Below are positions 38,350 through 52,782 of a DNA stretch of 64,000 nucleotides, piece by piece. The position numbers and the translations under genes were made by a program. The stretch comes from Eledone cirrhosa (Eukaryota), in the NCBI GenBank assembly GCA_964016885.1, contig OZ024747.1:89528001-89592000 (forward strand), given 5' to 3'. The notes under the pieces are model-generated. The model saw nothing but the letters and a program-made list of their open reading frames with translations. It ran no database searches and was not told where the DNA came from. Position 1 is the first letter of the stretch. Each line of letters begins with the position of its first letter.

Positions 38350-39217
38350 AGTTGAACATTCCCAGATGAATTGATATCTACTCCAATAAACTTGGTAAAT
38401 TGAACCAATATAGAATAAAATATTGTCTAGAAACAGTCTGCTTGCAGGAAATTTGAACTGATGATTCATGAGTATGTACTTAATTCATTATCTTAGCATA
38501 ACTTTTATAGATTAGAAAAACAGGAGAAATAGGAGTCTGAATAAAAGGGGAGAGACTGTTGCGATTAAACCTGAGGTTGTAGTTCATTCTGAATATCTGC
38601 AAGGTGAAAGTTGTTTGAACAGGAAATATTTCAATTATGTTGTGTCTGTTTTGTATTTTTGCTATATATCTACTTGTTATTTTCTTTAGTTATTAAAAGA
38701 GCAATATAATATATTTACTTAATAATAATTCTTCTTATTAAAATAGACAAATAAATATTCAATTTCTTCATTTTGTATTTTTATATCTTGTCTATGAATA
38801 GAAAGAAATGTTTTCTAAATAATAATAATAATATTTTCTTCATATAAATCATCATCATCATCATGGTCATCGTCCTCCACATCATCATTATCATCATCAC
38901 CACTGCCGCCACCTCCACCAGCAACACCAGCACTACCCCCCCCCCCAACACCAGCACTACCCCCCCCCCAACACCACCACTACCACCATCCCCAACACCA
39001 CCAGCAACACTACCACCACCATCATCATCAACATATATATATGCATGTATATTGAGATACATGTCTGTATTTATAGATAAATATATATTTACAACAAAAA
39101 TAAACATTCCAATGTTAACTTTTTATGCCGACATTCTCCGCTGCTAGCATATGGAGACATTACAACTTCTCAGACTATCGTGATGTGACTGTCTCTGATC
39201 ATGTTTTATTGTAATGG

Positions 39218-39251
<34 letters not shown>

Positions 39252-39479
39252 TATATATATTGATGATATATTTTATTATAAAGGACACACACACACACAC
39301 ATACATATATAAATCAGGATAGAACCAGTTTGAAACTGGTTAGTCCATTACTCAATAGGGTACTGGATACTTGGTGTAGTAGAGTATGGCTATATTATAA
39401 AGAGTTGGGACTAGCTGTTGAAACCGCAAGAGGTCTTGAATCTTTTTAATATATATATATATATATTTATATAAATATA

Positions 39480-39755
39480 ACGTACAGAAGTGTGGTCTCA
39501 GGAAGTTTAACTAAGAATGTAGGCTTTACATGTAGCAGTTGCACCGGGACAGTAAGTAGCAAACGCTGCTTACTGTCAGAATAAGAACAGGATGGAAGAA
39601 GTTCAGGGAGCTACTACCACTGAGCATAAATGAACTGAAAGAGAAACTAGGCATTAGAGGAATCAAATACTGTTTGCAGGAGAGGAGATTACATTGTTAT
39701 AGACATGTGATGCATATGAAGGATGACACCTGCATAAAAAGGAGCAGAGTGCTCA
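39480..39755 (+). mobile_element. Deleted, decayed RTE family B fragment
   Basis: agaagtgtggtctcaggaagtttaactaagaatgtaggctttacatgtagc and ataagaacaggatggaagaagttcagggagctactacc match the family B PHD and C-terminal regions. Confidence 0.7.
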
Positions 39756-41167
39756 AACAAATTCTACGAAAGGAGTGGAAAATACATATTAATTAAAAGA
39801 ACAATGCACAGACCAACCTTTTATAACTATATATATATATGTGTGTGTGTATTATGTTGGTACCATAAAACATCCAGCCCACACCGTAAACTGGTTGTGT
39901 AAAAAAAGACAGCAAAAAAGCACCCAACAAACACTGTAAATGTGTTGGGATTAGGAAGGGCACCCTGCCACAGAAAACCAGCCAGAAACAGTCTTATATG
40001 AGCGAGATATGGTTACCCAACCCAACTTGCCTTTAAATGGGAAAAACCCATCTAACCCATGCTAGTGTGAAAGATAGATGTTAAACAATGATGATGTTAA
40101 TGAACTCCATACTAACGTGGAAAAATGGATGTAAAACAGTGATGGTGATGATTGTAATACACACACACACATTATTGATGACATAATATGTATTTCTGTT
40201 TTTTCAAAATTCTAAATTTACATTATTTTGAAATTGGAACCTCCATAGAATTCAGCTTTAATGCTAAACTGACCACAAACGTTAATTCAGGTTTCTTAGT
40301 TTCAGAACAATTATTCATTGTAGTGATTTAAAAAAAAAAATTCTTTAGGTTAACATTATTCAGATTCCAAAAAGGTCAGACATAGAAAATGTTAAATATT
40401 CTAACCCAAGTGTATTGTAAAATTTTACCATAAAAACTAAAAACTAGTGTAAGAATGGGAAAATATAGTATGCTGGCATTGTTATTAAAACAATGAAGAA
40501 CTATCTTTGATTGCCACAATCATCACTATGTTTATTTCTTCATGCTGGTATGAGTTGGATAAATTTAAAATACAATATTACTTCATTCTTCTTGATATTT
40601 GTATTATTATGTCTGTAAAGTTGATTGTCTGCAAATTTGCTATTTCATTGTAAATGAAATGATACAGGATCAAGACATGTAAAGATGCTATACAAGAAGT
40701 TCATGATCTAAGTTATTCCAATGTAGAAAAAACAAAAAAAAACAAAATGCAGCAGAATTGTTAAAGCATCAGTTTAAATACCTTATAGTATTTGTTCTAG
40801 GACTCTGCATTTTGAGTTCAAATCCTGCTGAAGTCATCTTTACCTTTCATCCCCCAATTAATAGTCCATAATTGTGGATTAACAAATTTCTAAGAGCAGT
40901 GGATCCAATCCAATGCCTTGCAATATCTATTCTAGATCTGTGCATTCTCAAATTCGAATTCCACTTTCTTTCATCTGAAAAATGGTGACATAATAACACT
41001 GGGGATGGTTCTATTGCATAGACACCCAAGAAACCTGCTTTGAAATGCTAAGTAAGCTAATCTACTAGTTGTGAGCTATAAGAACACAAGACAACAAATA
41101 TACAAAAAGGGGACGATCCTAGCTGGAATGCATTTGATCATAGGCTAGCTTGATCAGGGCTACACTA

Positions 41168-42104
41168 AATTTCAACAACAGGACAGATCCTGAACACTAT
41201 AAACCTTTCCTGCGATCTGACCTGGACACAATGCAACAATGGATCATGGACTGGCAACTCAAATTGGCTGTGGTTAAGTGTACCACCATGCATTTTGGGA
41301 GTAAAAACCCAGCGTCCACATACTCCCTCCACAACACTAATATCAAGAAGTCTCCTTGTGAAAGTGACCTGGGCATTACTGTCAGCAGCGTTTTGCGTTG
41401 GATGAAGCATGCCTCTAAAATTGTCAAGAAAGCTGATGGTGTCTTAGCATCACTTTGCAAGATTTTTGTCAGCCACTCTCCAGCTATCTATTTAACCTAT
41501 GATGCGGTCACACTTAGAATTTACATCACCAGTCTGGAACCCCTATCTTGCTCAGAATATTGACCGCCTGGAAACTGTTCAGAGACATGCAACCAAGCGA
41601 ATACTCTCCATCAGGCATCTACCATACTCTGAACGCCTTGCTTCCCTGGGCATGGATACATTGAAGATCTGATGTCTGGCAACTGACTTGGTAAACACCC
41701 ACAAAATTATTAACCATCTTGCCAACAACAACCCTGAGCACCTTTTTGATTTCCATGTGTCTAACACACATGGGCATGCCTACAAAGTCAGAAAACAACA
41801 CAGCTCCCATGACTTTCTGAAACATTTTTTCATGCTCAGTGTTGCTGAAGCATGGAACAAACTACCAGCATCAGTTGTTAGCTGCCAAGATACTGCATCC
41901 TTTAAAACCTCCATGCTTCCTGAGATTCAACAGCACTCCACCTGATGTCCCTCCCTCCATACACACGCACACATGTATTTCATGACTCGTACACTGTTCA
42001 TTTTCCTGACATTTGTACATTATTCTATGTACTATACATGCACCTTTGATACGTTGTAGTGCACCTGAATACTGTACACAATAATTTCATTATTATTATT
42101 ATTT
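41168..42104 (+). mobile_element. 3' end of a CR1-type LINE (second 3' fragment 54676-54925; minus fragment ~55340-55397)
   Basis: DL..W...WQL....KC..MHFG, DLGITV, SPVWNPY, LETVQRHATK, YSERL..L, GHAYK, WNKLP..VV. Ends in a (TAT)n tail and is frameshifted. Confidence 0.9.
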
Positions 42105-43725
42105 TAAAATGTTAGTTTCTTTTCTGACTATTTAATTAAATCATGAACTGTACAAGAGCAGTGAATCAGGTTCTGATAACATTGAACTGGATTGAAGGCC
42201 TTACACTTCCTTCCTAATTTGACCTCTGTTGTCAAATAATTGAGCCAATTATTCAACTTTATATGGATAGAGTTATCTATTAATGGATGATCAGTTTAAG
42301 ACTTCTTCTGGTAACCTCTTCAAGGAGTTGAATTGAGCATATGGATTAGCAGAATCATTAGTGTGGAACAAAATGCTGTGTGCTATTTACTTAATAATAA
42401 TAATTATTGTTTCTACTTTTGGCACAAGGTCAGCAATTACCCAGTGTATTACTGGTGCTTTATTTTATCGGACCCCGTAAGTATGAAAGGCAAAGTTAAC
42501 CTTGGCGGGATTTGAACTCAGTCCGTAAAGGGACGTAACTGTGCTGCAAAGCATGGTGTCCAACCCTCTACCGATACTGCCAATCCACCACCAATAATAC
42601 AGATTAAGTTCTTTAGTCAGGCTCTTTCTTGAGTAAAAAAAAAAAATTTCCCGAACCAAAAGAATGAACATGATATTTTACTATTTACTAAGTTGTTATT
42701 TAGCTCTATATCCACTCTGAACAAACCCATGATCTATGGTATTCCAGTTGTAACCAACCTGCCTGTTTGTATACCAGGAACTTATTTTTCCTTATTCAAA
42801 ATTGCTTGGACATTATTTGAGGGAGATTTGGCTGCTCTGTTTTGCAGGCCAAGCAACCAAATAGAGATACCCTTTTATTGTTATTAAGTATTGTGATAAA
42901 AGGGTGTAGTGCAGGAAATTTATTTTGATTCTTGGAATGATGTACTTCCATTGTGACCATCAGGCGAAATGAGATAAAGAAAGGTCCATAATTTCTTCAA
43001 TTAATAAATGCCTTTAGCCTTGCACAAACGAATATATAGAGTTTGATTGTAAAAATAATTCTTAAAGAGCCAAAATGTGCCATCATTATGTGCCCTAACA
43101 ATACAGAGAATTGAATCATATGGCATGTCTTATGAGTAGTGCCATTAACAGTTAATCTTTTCCTAGAATACTGATTTCATAATCAGTAATACTAGTTAAG
43201 TATCATTTCAAATAATCCAAGTTCATTTATTATATCATTACTAAGATTTGCTCTGTTGCTTGAAATTCCATAAATCTCTAATTCATATCAACCAACTTAA
43301 GCTGATATGGCTGCTGATTTGTCTTATGAAATTTACTTTAATCTTAATTCCAATTCCTTTATCATTAATGATGTAAAATGAGCAAAGTATTTTATATTTC
43401 AGCTTCATTGAAAATGTATGTTACTATGATCTTAGACACTATAATGCCAACTTTTCATTTAATTGAAAACTTGGTAATTTTTTTTTAATAAAAAGTAGGT
43501 TCTCTGATATAATATAATATCAATCTACAGAAAGTAAAATATTCATGCTACTTCTATTCTTTTCCTTTTCTCAGATATTGGACTGCAGCCATGCTGAGAT
43601 ATTGCCTAGAGGCTTCTTTTATTTAAATTATATGATATATATCTCAGTGCTTTGCTTTGTACTTACTCAGTACCAACTAAGGAAGCACCTATGGAACAAA
43701 CAACAGAGAGGTGCATTATTGAACT

Positions 43726-43940
43726 TTAATCCTTTAGCATTTAAACTGGCTGTATCCAGCCAGAATTCTCTCACCACTTTCTGTTCAAACTGGTTGTAAC
43801 TGACCACTCATACTGATGTTAAGGTATTCTAAAAAAATAAACAATATCAAAATCTCATAGGTTTGATATTATGTGAGGTAAATCCTTTACTGCGAATATA
43901 TAATAGTATATATAGAGTAATGTAAATACTAAAGAGTTAA
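43726..43940 (+). mobile_element. piggyBac-like MITE
   Basis: ttaa-tcctttagcatttaaa ... taaatactaaagag-ttaa. Confidence 0.75.
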
Positions 43941-45043
43941 TAGATAAGTATTTTTTGCAAGTTTTCATAATTAAATTAGAAATATAATGAAATTGAATTA
44001 GAAGACTTTGCCATAACTGACTAAATTATATAGTCTAATAATAATGAAGCATATACCCACTGAATAGATGAGCATTAGCACAAAAAAGAAACATGCTATG
44101 ACTGCATCATATTAGAAATTAAAACCTTTATTTTAGTTTACTCAAATTTTGACAATTATCTGTCCACTAGTAAAGATACTACAATTACCTGTCCACTAGT
44201 TAAGATACTACAAGCATTTAAGCATTTGAATTAACAAACCTATTTTTAGATATTTTTTGTTAAATCATTACAGAATGTTGAAGCGTTAAATATGAAAAAT
44301 AATTAGGTTCTAGAAAATAAAAATTTTAGTTACAATTTTAATTAGCACTCAGGGTATTGGAAGTAGTATGATAGTTTCTATGCTACTTTACTGAACTTAA
44401 TTTGATACTGGTTCTAAGTTTAAATCAGATGTAATTTTTTTTTTTTTTGTCAATTCTCCTAAGTCAATACAGTAAACATCTGTAATATACTGCAGTTAAT
44501 TCTTTAAATTTTACTGATTTGGCAGAGGTGACTTGCTGCCTAATCAAAAGAAAAATCATTACTTTAATTAGAAATCACATGATTGTCTCACAATTTAATA
44601 TATCATTTATAATTTGGCTTCAATTCACAATATTTTACTCTCATTTGATTTCAAGTGAGACATGTAATTTCTTTGTCCAGTCTTACTTTAACTCTTTTAA
44701 TTTATAAAAAACAAAAATTCTCAACTCATTAAATATTTCTATTATTTTAAAATTAAACCATTTCAGCCAAAGAATATATCTAAATTATTCTAAGAAATTT
44801 TGCAAAATCTATCAAGAATATATTTAAGCAATAATGATGTGAGCAAATCTTTGTACATTGGCTTCCATTGCTCTCTCTCTGACACACACACATTATTTTA
44901 TTGCAAAGTTCACTGGTACAACATTGCATCTGTTCACTGGTACAACATTGAACTAAAATAAGGAAACCACACAAACATAACACAATGTCCAACATAGAAT
45001 AGGTCAGTTCTAGTTGGAGGCTTATTCTCCTCCTGCATAAACC

Positions 45044-45257
45044 TTAACCATTTAGCATTTACATTACTCTATATTTACTATTATATTTTCATGGCAAATG
45101 ATTTATCTCACATAATATCGAATTTGAGATTTTGATGTTATTTATTTTGAGAACAATAATTTAACATAAGTGTGAGTAGCCAGTTACAGTCGGTTTGAAC
45201 AGAAAGAGGTGAGAGAATTCTGGCCATATACGGCCAGTTTAAATGCTAAATGGTTAA
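45044..45257 (-). mobile_element. piggyBac-like MITE with perfect TIRs
   Basis: ttaa-ccatttagcattta ... taaatgctaaatgg-ttaa. Confidence 0.85.
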
Positions 45258-46814
45258 GGACTCAATGCACTCCAGTTCAGGAATCAAACCTTTGACCTTA
45301 TAATCATAAGTCAAACAGCCTAACCACTTATCCATACACATTCATATGAAGGCCAAAGTAAGAGGTTATTATTTCTATTTAGATATGTCTTGCATATGCT
45401 AGCATAATGGAATTACAAAATCCAATAATATTTCCAATATGCTGGCATGTTGAAAATTATACAAATCATAGAAAAAAATTCTGTATTATTTGAAAGGCTC
45501 ACCCACTGTCAAAATGTCACTCCTGCAGGATATTTTTTAATTTCATACAGTTTGGTTTTATATTATTTTTTTTCTTTCATATTGTCAATAGATACTTTAA
45601 TCTAATTTCTCTTTGACCCAGTTGCTACAAAATGACAGTTTATCTCATACATAAATAGAATTCAGAGAATATTGCAGAAATATTCAATCTTGCTGCAAAA
45701 ATCAACTCAGATATTAAAATATATTTATATTTCCGTCTTGCTGGCAAAAACTTAATGTAGCATTGGGTTTTTTGCAATGAGTATATATATTATTATTATC
45801 ACCGTTTATCATCCATTTTTCCATGCTTGCATGGGTTGGATGGGTCTGCCTCAGCACAGTGTCATATCACTCATTGCCACTGCTCATCACAAGATCCAGC
45901 ATCTTCATATCACCTTTCACCACTTATGCAGAATATATATATATATAATCATCATCACTGTTTAGCGTCTATTATTCCATGCTTGCTTGGGTTAAACGGT
46001 TTGTCCACATTGTAAGACAAGTCTGGCTAGAGTTGGCCATGCTGTATCTTGCTCCAACAGGACTGTAAATTTGGCCAGCGATTTTACAACTAGATGCCCT
46101 TCCTAATAGCAACCACATTTACAGTGTGGAACTGGCTGGCACTGTTATGAGGAGGGACAGGCCAGATGGCAATGCTGAACATATCTTACAGTGGAGCTGA
46201 TGATTTTGGAGCCCAGACCTGGATGGTCCTGCTATTATATACATACATACATACATACATATAACTACATATATACACATACATGCATGCATACAGATAA
46301 ACATATACAACTACATATATAAACACATACAAACGCCTACATATATTCATACACCTACATATATACATATATATAATTTTTTCTACTTTTGGCACAAGGC
46401 CAGCAATTATCCCAGTGAATTACTGGTACTTTATTTTATCGACCCTGTAAGGATGAAAGGCAAAGTTAACCTCGGCGGGATTTGAACTCAGATCGTAAAG
46501 GGACGTAACTATGCGTCGTCATAATGTTGACTGATGTGAGAATAATTACTCAATGCCAAAGTAGAGTTTAAATATTCTTTATTATGGCTAAGTTTCACTT
46601 GTGTATTACCAGGATCATCAGACAAGACTGAATATTTGATGACAAACACAGTATAACTAGGAACAGACCCAGAATGGGGTGGTAGGCTTGTGTGGAAGGT
46701 GGCTTTTTGGGGAGATGTGAACAGTAATAGAGAGGATATGAAGAAGAAGAAAAAATTCAAAAAGAAAGCTATGGTCAAGGGCGTCAGCAAGAACAAAGGA
46801 ATAAGGAAGAATAC

Positions 46815-46999
46815 AGAGAAAACCAAGAGTGGAGGTGGTGGTGGAGGAGAAACCAAGAGAGGAGGTGGTGGAGGAGAAACCAAGAGAGGAGGTGGTGGCA
46901 GAGGAGAAAACAAGAGAGGTGGTGGTGGTGGAGGAGAAAACAAGAGAGGTGGTGGTGGTGGTGGTGGAGGAGAAAACAAGAGAGGTGGTGGTGGAGAAA
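46815..46999. repeat. Purine-rich tandem repeat, (ggt)n-ggaggagaaaacaagaga x ~6
   Basis: Units of ~27-36 bp that vary in GGT count. Confidence 0.9.
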
Positions 47000-48861
47000 G
47001 GCTACTTTATGCACTTCCTTTCTCCTTTTCTTCTTCATACCCATTCAACAACACCCTTGCACAGTACACACCCATCACCCAAGTCTTTCCTTATTTATAC
47101 TGTCTTTGTCAATACTGTGTGTAGACAAGTGAAGCTCCACAATAACTGGGCTCATCACTTAGCCATAATAAAGAATTAACTTTGCCTGTCATTCTTATGG
47201 GTTCGATAAAATAAAGTACCAGTATCACACTGGGGTAGATTTAATCGATTTTCCCCTCCCTTCAAAATGCTCTCCTTGTGCCTAAAATAGAAGCAATTAT
47301 TATTATTATCATCATTGGGTAGTGGATTGGCAGTAACGGAGGAGCATTAGATAACATGCTTTGTAGCATAGAGTTATGGGCCATTACGTTGAGCTCAAAT
47401 CCCACCGAGGTTAACTTTGCCTTTTATCCTTACGGGGGTCGATAAAATCAAGTACCAGTAATGAATTTAATCGACTTTCCCCTCCCCCAAAATTGGTGGC
47501 CTTGTGTCTTAATCAGAAACCATTATTATCTATTTAACATTAAATAAAGTACCAGTAATACACTGGGATAATTGCTGGCCTTGTGCCAAAAGTAGAAACT
47601 ATTATCTATTTCACATTAAATATCTATAAAAATGTATCTAAGTCTAAATATTTTCACTCTTACAAAATGTAGTTAATTTTCCACTTATATATATATATAT
47701 ATATAAGCTGCATTGGCATATTAATGCTATTCTTTATTTCTAGGTAAAGAATTACACGTCTATAGGAACTATCTCAATTTTGCTATAATAAGTACAGCGT
47801 TTCTTAGGGTATTTTCAAACTTGGCAGAACCCATCTCCTCTTGAAACCTGAGTACAGTGGATTTCTTCCAGAGAAGGGTAAAGAGTGAAATTAAAGGAAG
47901 TTAGAAAGAGATATAGAGGGAGGATTGACCCCCAGCACTAGACTGATACTTTTTATTGACATCAAATGGGTGAAAGGTAAAATTAACCATGGTAGGATTT
48001 GAACAGAGAGCAGAGGGTCGGAACGAATACTGTGAAGCATTCTAACCAACATTCTTATGACTACCAATTTGCCTCCTGTCTAGTTTAGAATAGGTTCCCA
48101 AGATTCCTGAATGTCATAACTAACTAAAATGGAGTGTACTTCAAAATGGGCGTCATGATAAATATGAAGACTATTATAGAGTTGTGATGTAGTATGTATA
48201 TTTAGGTTCAAGTTTGAGACTAAAAGTACCTTTATTTTCTGCTTTTAGTTAAAATTGTTTGAATTATGTTCAAACATAAAAATATTGATAAAATATTAAA
48301 GATATATTCTCTGATTTGTTCCATCAACTTTGAAATATATAACAACTCTGCCCGAATATTTCTAGTCATGTATCATTTTTTGCATTGAAGAGAAAAGCAT
48401 ACATCACTACAAACATTATATTTTAACTTTTATACAGTTTTGCACTGAGAACATTCATTTTAAAATCAAGGATTCTCACTTTCACTCATACTGTCCTGTT
48501 TTACTTTTATTCTGAGATGGTTCTACTAAAAATTAGCCCATTAGGCTTTATAATCAGCAGAATTGGTCCTAGTTGGGGCATCAGAAATATCATAACTTAA
48601 AAATATCACTAGATTAGGAGGAATTGTTAAATTTGTACTCATTAAAGAAATACTGTGGAAAAACTAATTTCTTGGTGTTTGATTAAACTTTATGTGCATG
48701 AAGTATCTTAAAAGATAATGGTTACAGAATTGAAAAAAAGCATCTGATAGCATTTTGTGTAAAAAATATTTTGTCTTCCATGGACAACATTTAATAAAAT
48801 AACTGCAATAAAGTTGTCATTGACAACCGAAATCTCAATTTTAATGAAAAACAAAATGTCA

Positions 48862-49300
48862 TTTTTCTATGGTTCAAAATAGACTAATATATGATATATT
48901 GACTAGCTATTTCTATAACTCAAAGTAGACTAATATAATATAAAAGATATGTTAATAGAAGAGTCAACATTATTATCTTGGTTGGTTATTTCTATAGTTC
49001 AAAGTAGACTAATAAAATAAGAACGATATATTAATAGATGAGTCAATATTTTTATCTTGACTGGTTATTTCTACAGCTCAAAGTAGGCTAATATAATATA
49101 AATGATATATTAATAGATGAGTCATGGTTATTATCTAAACTGATTATCTCTATGGTTCAAAATAGACTAATATATCATAAGTGATATGTTAATTGATGAG
49201 CCAAGGTTATTACGCTGATTATTTCTATGGTTCAAAATAGACTAATATATCACAAATGATATGTTAATTGATGAGTCAATATTGTAATTTTGATTGATTG
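48862..49300. repeat. Degenerate ~79-bp tandem repeat, ~5.5 copies
   Basis: atttctatggttcaaaatagactaatat...gatatattaatagatgagtcaa recurs at ~48862, 48909, 48988, 49067, 49146 and 49221. Confidence 0.9.
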
Positions 49301-52300
49301 ATTGATTCAATATGTAATTAATCCCAAACATTTTGTTGCATGATTTTCAACCAGTAAGGAAATTACAAAAACTATTAAATACCTCAAATTTGAAGATAGT
49401 GATAAATGCAGCCTGTGTTACAGTATTAATTTAAGTAAAGTTAGTCACTATCTTACAACAGATGTTCAAAAGTTTCTAGCCATTAGATTCTCTGCAAAGA
49501 TTATAAATGGAAGGTAGCATTTAATCAAACAAGGAGAAAGATAGTTTAATAACTTTTAATATCTTGCTCAGTGAACAAGTCTAATATCCGTTAATGTTTC
49601 TATAAAAATTGTCAAAGGAAATTGACAGCAAAAGGTTTGATCTGCTGACATCTCATTACGATTGAAAGTACTTAACTACATAAATGAAAATCAATCATAG
49701 CAGATAAGATTTTTTTTTATTTTAGTATTTGCAATTTGAATTTTTAGCTGAAATAAAAAAAAAAATTAAAAAAATAAAGAATTGATATATTGTTGCCAAG
49801 CCATTTAAATTCTGTTTTACGCAAATAATGTATTTTGTGAATGAGTTTTTTAAAATATGTTGCTGCACCTCTGATTTTTATTTGTTCCTGTTTTTCCTTT
49901 TTTACTTTTCTTTTTTTTTGCCTTTTGCAGATTATTAAAAAAAAAAAAATCAAAAAAAAAATCTATATGACAAATTCTATAGATTTTTACTTTTCCAAAA
50001 TGTTTTTCATCCATTTAAAAAAAAAAAAAAATAGGTATCAGCTGGTTGTTTTTTATTTGTTTACTTTAAATTGTAGTTTGAAATTTAAAGAATCAATAAT
50101 TTTCATTTAAATAAACAATCAGTTTATGTTAGTTGTGTGTATTATTTAAGTTTCAGAGAAAAGTTTTCAAATGAAAATATCACCTGAAGGTAATTTTACA
50201 ACAGTTTTATAGGATCAAATTTTATGGCTGTATATTTATCAACATTTTCTTCATCTCTGTCTTTTTGAATTCTCTAATAAGAAAACCTACAATTTCTTTG
50301 ATAAGAAATACAAAGTCTCTCTAACCTAACCAAACAAATAGCCAATTTTCAAAATATGGCTGTTTAAAAGTTTTCCTATTTTAAAGATTTAATTAGAATT
50401 ATAGGATTTTAAATTCTTTTGTGAGGGAACTTAGCATCTATCCTTCTTAGGAAATGTTTCTTCCTATTATTTTTGCAGACATTTTTGCTTCCAATTTTGT
50501 GTATTATGTAGTTAGCAAGTTGTTTCATCTCGTGAAATGATAACAGAATCTGAAATTAAATGAAAAGCAGCTAAAATAAATTGTTTGTATTTTGAATAGA
50601 ATGATTGCTTTGGTGAACAAAATTCTCTTTACATGTATCCTTTTGTCTCATTTAAAGTATGGTTTTATTTAGCTATTGTTCTTAAATCTTAATTCCTTCC
50701 TTTATTCATTTATTAAAATTTGAAGATTTTTAAAACAGAATTACAAGCTAAATGACTTAAAATATGTTGTTTTGTCACATTCTGTTACGAGTTCATTTCT
50801 TATTGAGAATCAACTTTTATACCTGTTTTTCTTTTAGTTGTAATGGAGTAACTATCAGTAACATCGTGAGGTTGATTCTTGTAACATTTATTTTCTTTCA
50901 AATTTAGATCATTGCTCAAACTACTTAAACTCACTACTTTACTACAAAGCAGAAGTCATGAGCATCGTTTAACATCCATTTTTCATGCTAGCATGGGTTA
51001 GACAAGTTGTCTCATTTGAGGAAAGTTGAGTCAAGTGACCGTGTCTTACTCATACAGAACTGTTTCTGGCTAGGTTTCTATGACTGGATGCCCTTCCTAA
51101 TGCCTACCACATTTACAGCGTGTGCTGGGTGCTTTTTGTCGTGACTCCTACATGACCACTTTTAGTTGTGATACGTACATGACCACTTTACTGTATAAAG
51201 AGAATATAGGATCCGATTCAATTTAAATTACAATTTGAACTTGTCACAAATTGTGAATTTGTTCATAGTTATATTAAAAAACATTTATATTTCACTTGTT
51301 TTTTGCTAACTGTATCTGCTTACATTTCACAAAAGTAGTGATGATGCTGATATATATATATATATATGCTTGTGTGAGGTTTGACTCTTCTTTAAACAGT
51401 CTGGGTCAGGTAAATGAAGTCAAATGCAAATGATGAATAGCTTACATTTCCTTGAGTTCATGGTTAGCTTTGATTTAATTTGGATGTATTTATGTTCAGG
51501 TTAAGGTCTTAGTTACGCGCACGTGCATGTGTGTATGTATATATATATATGTATGTATATATATATATATATATATGAAACGAAAAGAGTTGTGTGGTTA
51601 CAGTAAACAAAGTTTAAGATGGTAGTATGGACGAAACAACAGAAGAAAAGAAATCCTTCATCAGCTGTAAAACCGAGTTCAAGATGTTTCAGTGCTTAAT
51701 ACTGCCAATCCACAGTAATAATTGTTTCTACTTTTAGCACAAGGCCAGCAATTACCCAGTACATTACTGGTACTTTATTTTATCGACCCCGTAAGGATGA
51801 AAGGCAAAGTTAACCTCGGCGGGATTTGAACTCAGAATGGCAAGGGCAGTAACTCTATGCGTCAAAGCATGGCGTCCAACTCGCTACCGATACTGCCAAT
51901 TCACCAGTAATAATAACTTCAAAACAGTAGCAATCTTGCAATTCTAGGAAAGAACATTTTACATTGTGTTTAGAAAAAAAAAAAAAAAAAAAAAGTAAAA
52001 AAAATATAAAGCAAGAGAAATAAAACTAGTCCTTTTCAGATTTTGAGTGGAACAATTCATGACTGTCTTGTGTGAAGACAGAAACTGATAATGGTACCAA
52101 TTCCATTTTTTTAATTGACACTATTACTGATAAGATGAAACAAAAATAAGCACTATTTGATAATTTCTTTCTTCTTCACTCTATCTGCCTTTTCTTTCCT
52201 GTTTGTCTCTCTCAGAAAATGACAACCTAGAAACAAAACATGTAAAATTTATTTTGTCATTATGGTCAGTCATAGGAATAGTCTGGAATCAAAGTCTTAT

Positions 52301-52410
52301 CTGTAATTTAATTTATTCTAGTGTACCCATGCCATCAAAAGCAATGGTAAATGAACTTAATATTTGTTTAAGTCCTTATAACTATTATATTGTTTTTAAT
52401 GTGTAAGTCT

Positions 52411-52782
52411 TTAACCAGCTCTACCTGATCAGAATTCCCTCACCTGTCTGTTCAAAGCAGCCATAATCGGCTGCTCATAATGTTAAGGTCTCAAAATAAA
52501 TATCAAAATCTCAGATTCAATATGTGCAATATTATGCGAGATAATTATGTAAGATAACTATTTTATTTTCACAGTAAAGGATTTAATATACAATAATGTA
52601 ATTGTTAAAGGGTTAAACCAACTGTATCTAGCCAGAATTCCCTCACCTCTCTCTGTTCAAACCAGCCATAATTGACTGCTCTTACCAATAACATCAAAAT
52701 CTCGAAGCTTCGATAATATGAGAGATATTACCATGAAAATACAATGGTATATATAGAGTAATGTAAGTGTTAAAGAACTAAA
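52411..52782 (+). mobile_element. Two tandem partial piggyBac-like MITE copies
   Basis: cagaattccctcacct..tgttcaaa.cagccataa appears twice. The junction is at gggttaa, 52610-52616. Confidence 0.65.

Noticed and set aside
46509-47179. Gly/Lys-rich and Pro-rich ORFs
   Set aside because: Derived from a purine-rich tandem repeat, with no splice or domain support.
52190-52250. Polypyrimidine-AG followed by a short open stretch and GT (possible micro-exon); similar sites near 8600, 50835 and 52035
   Set aside because: Such signals are frequent by chance in AT-rich DNA, and there is no recognisable peptide or consistent exon chain.
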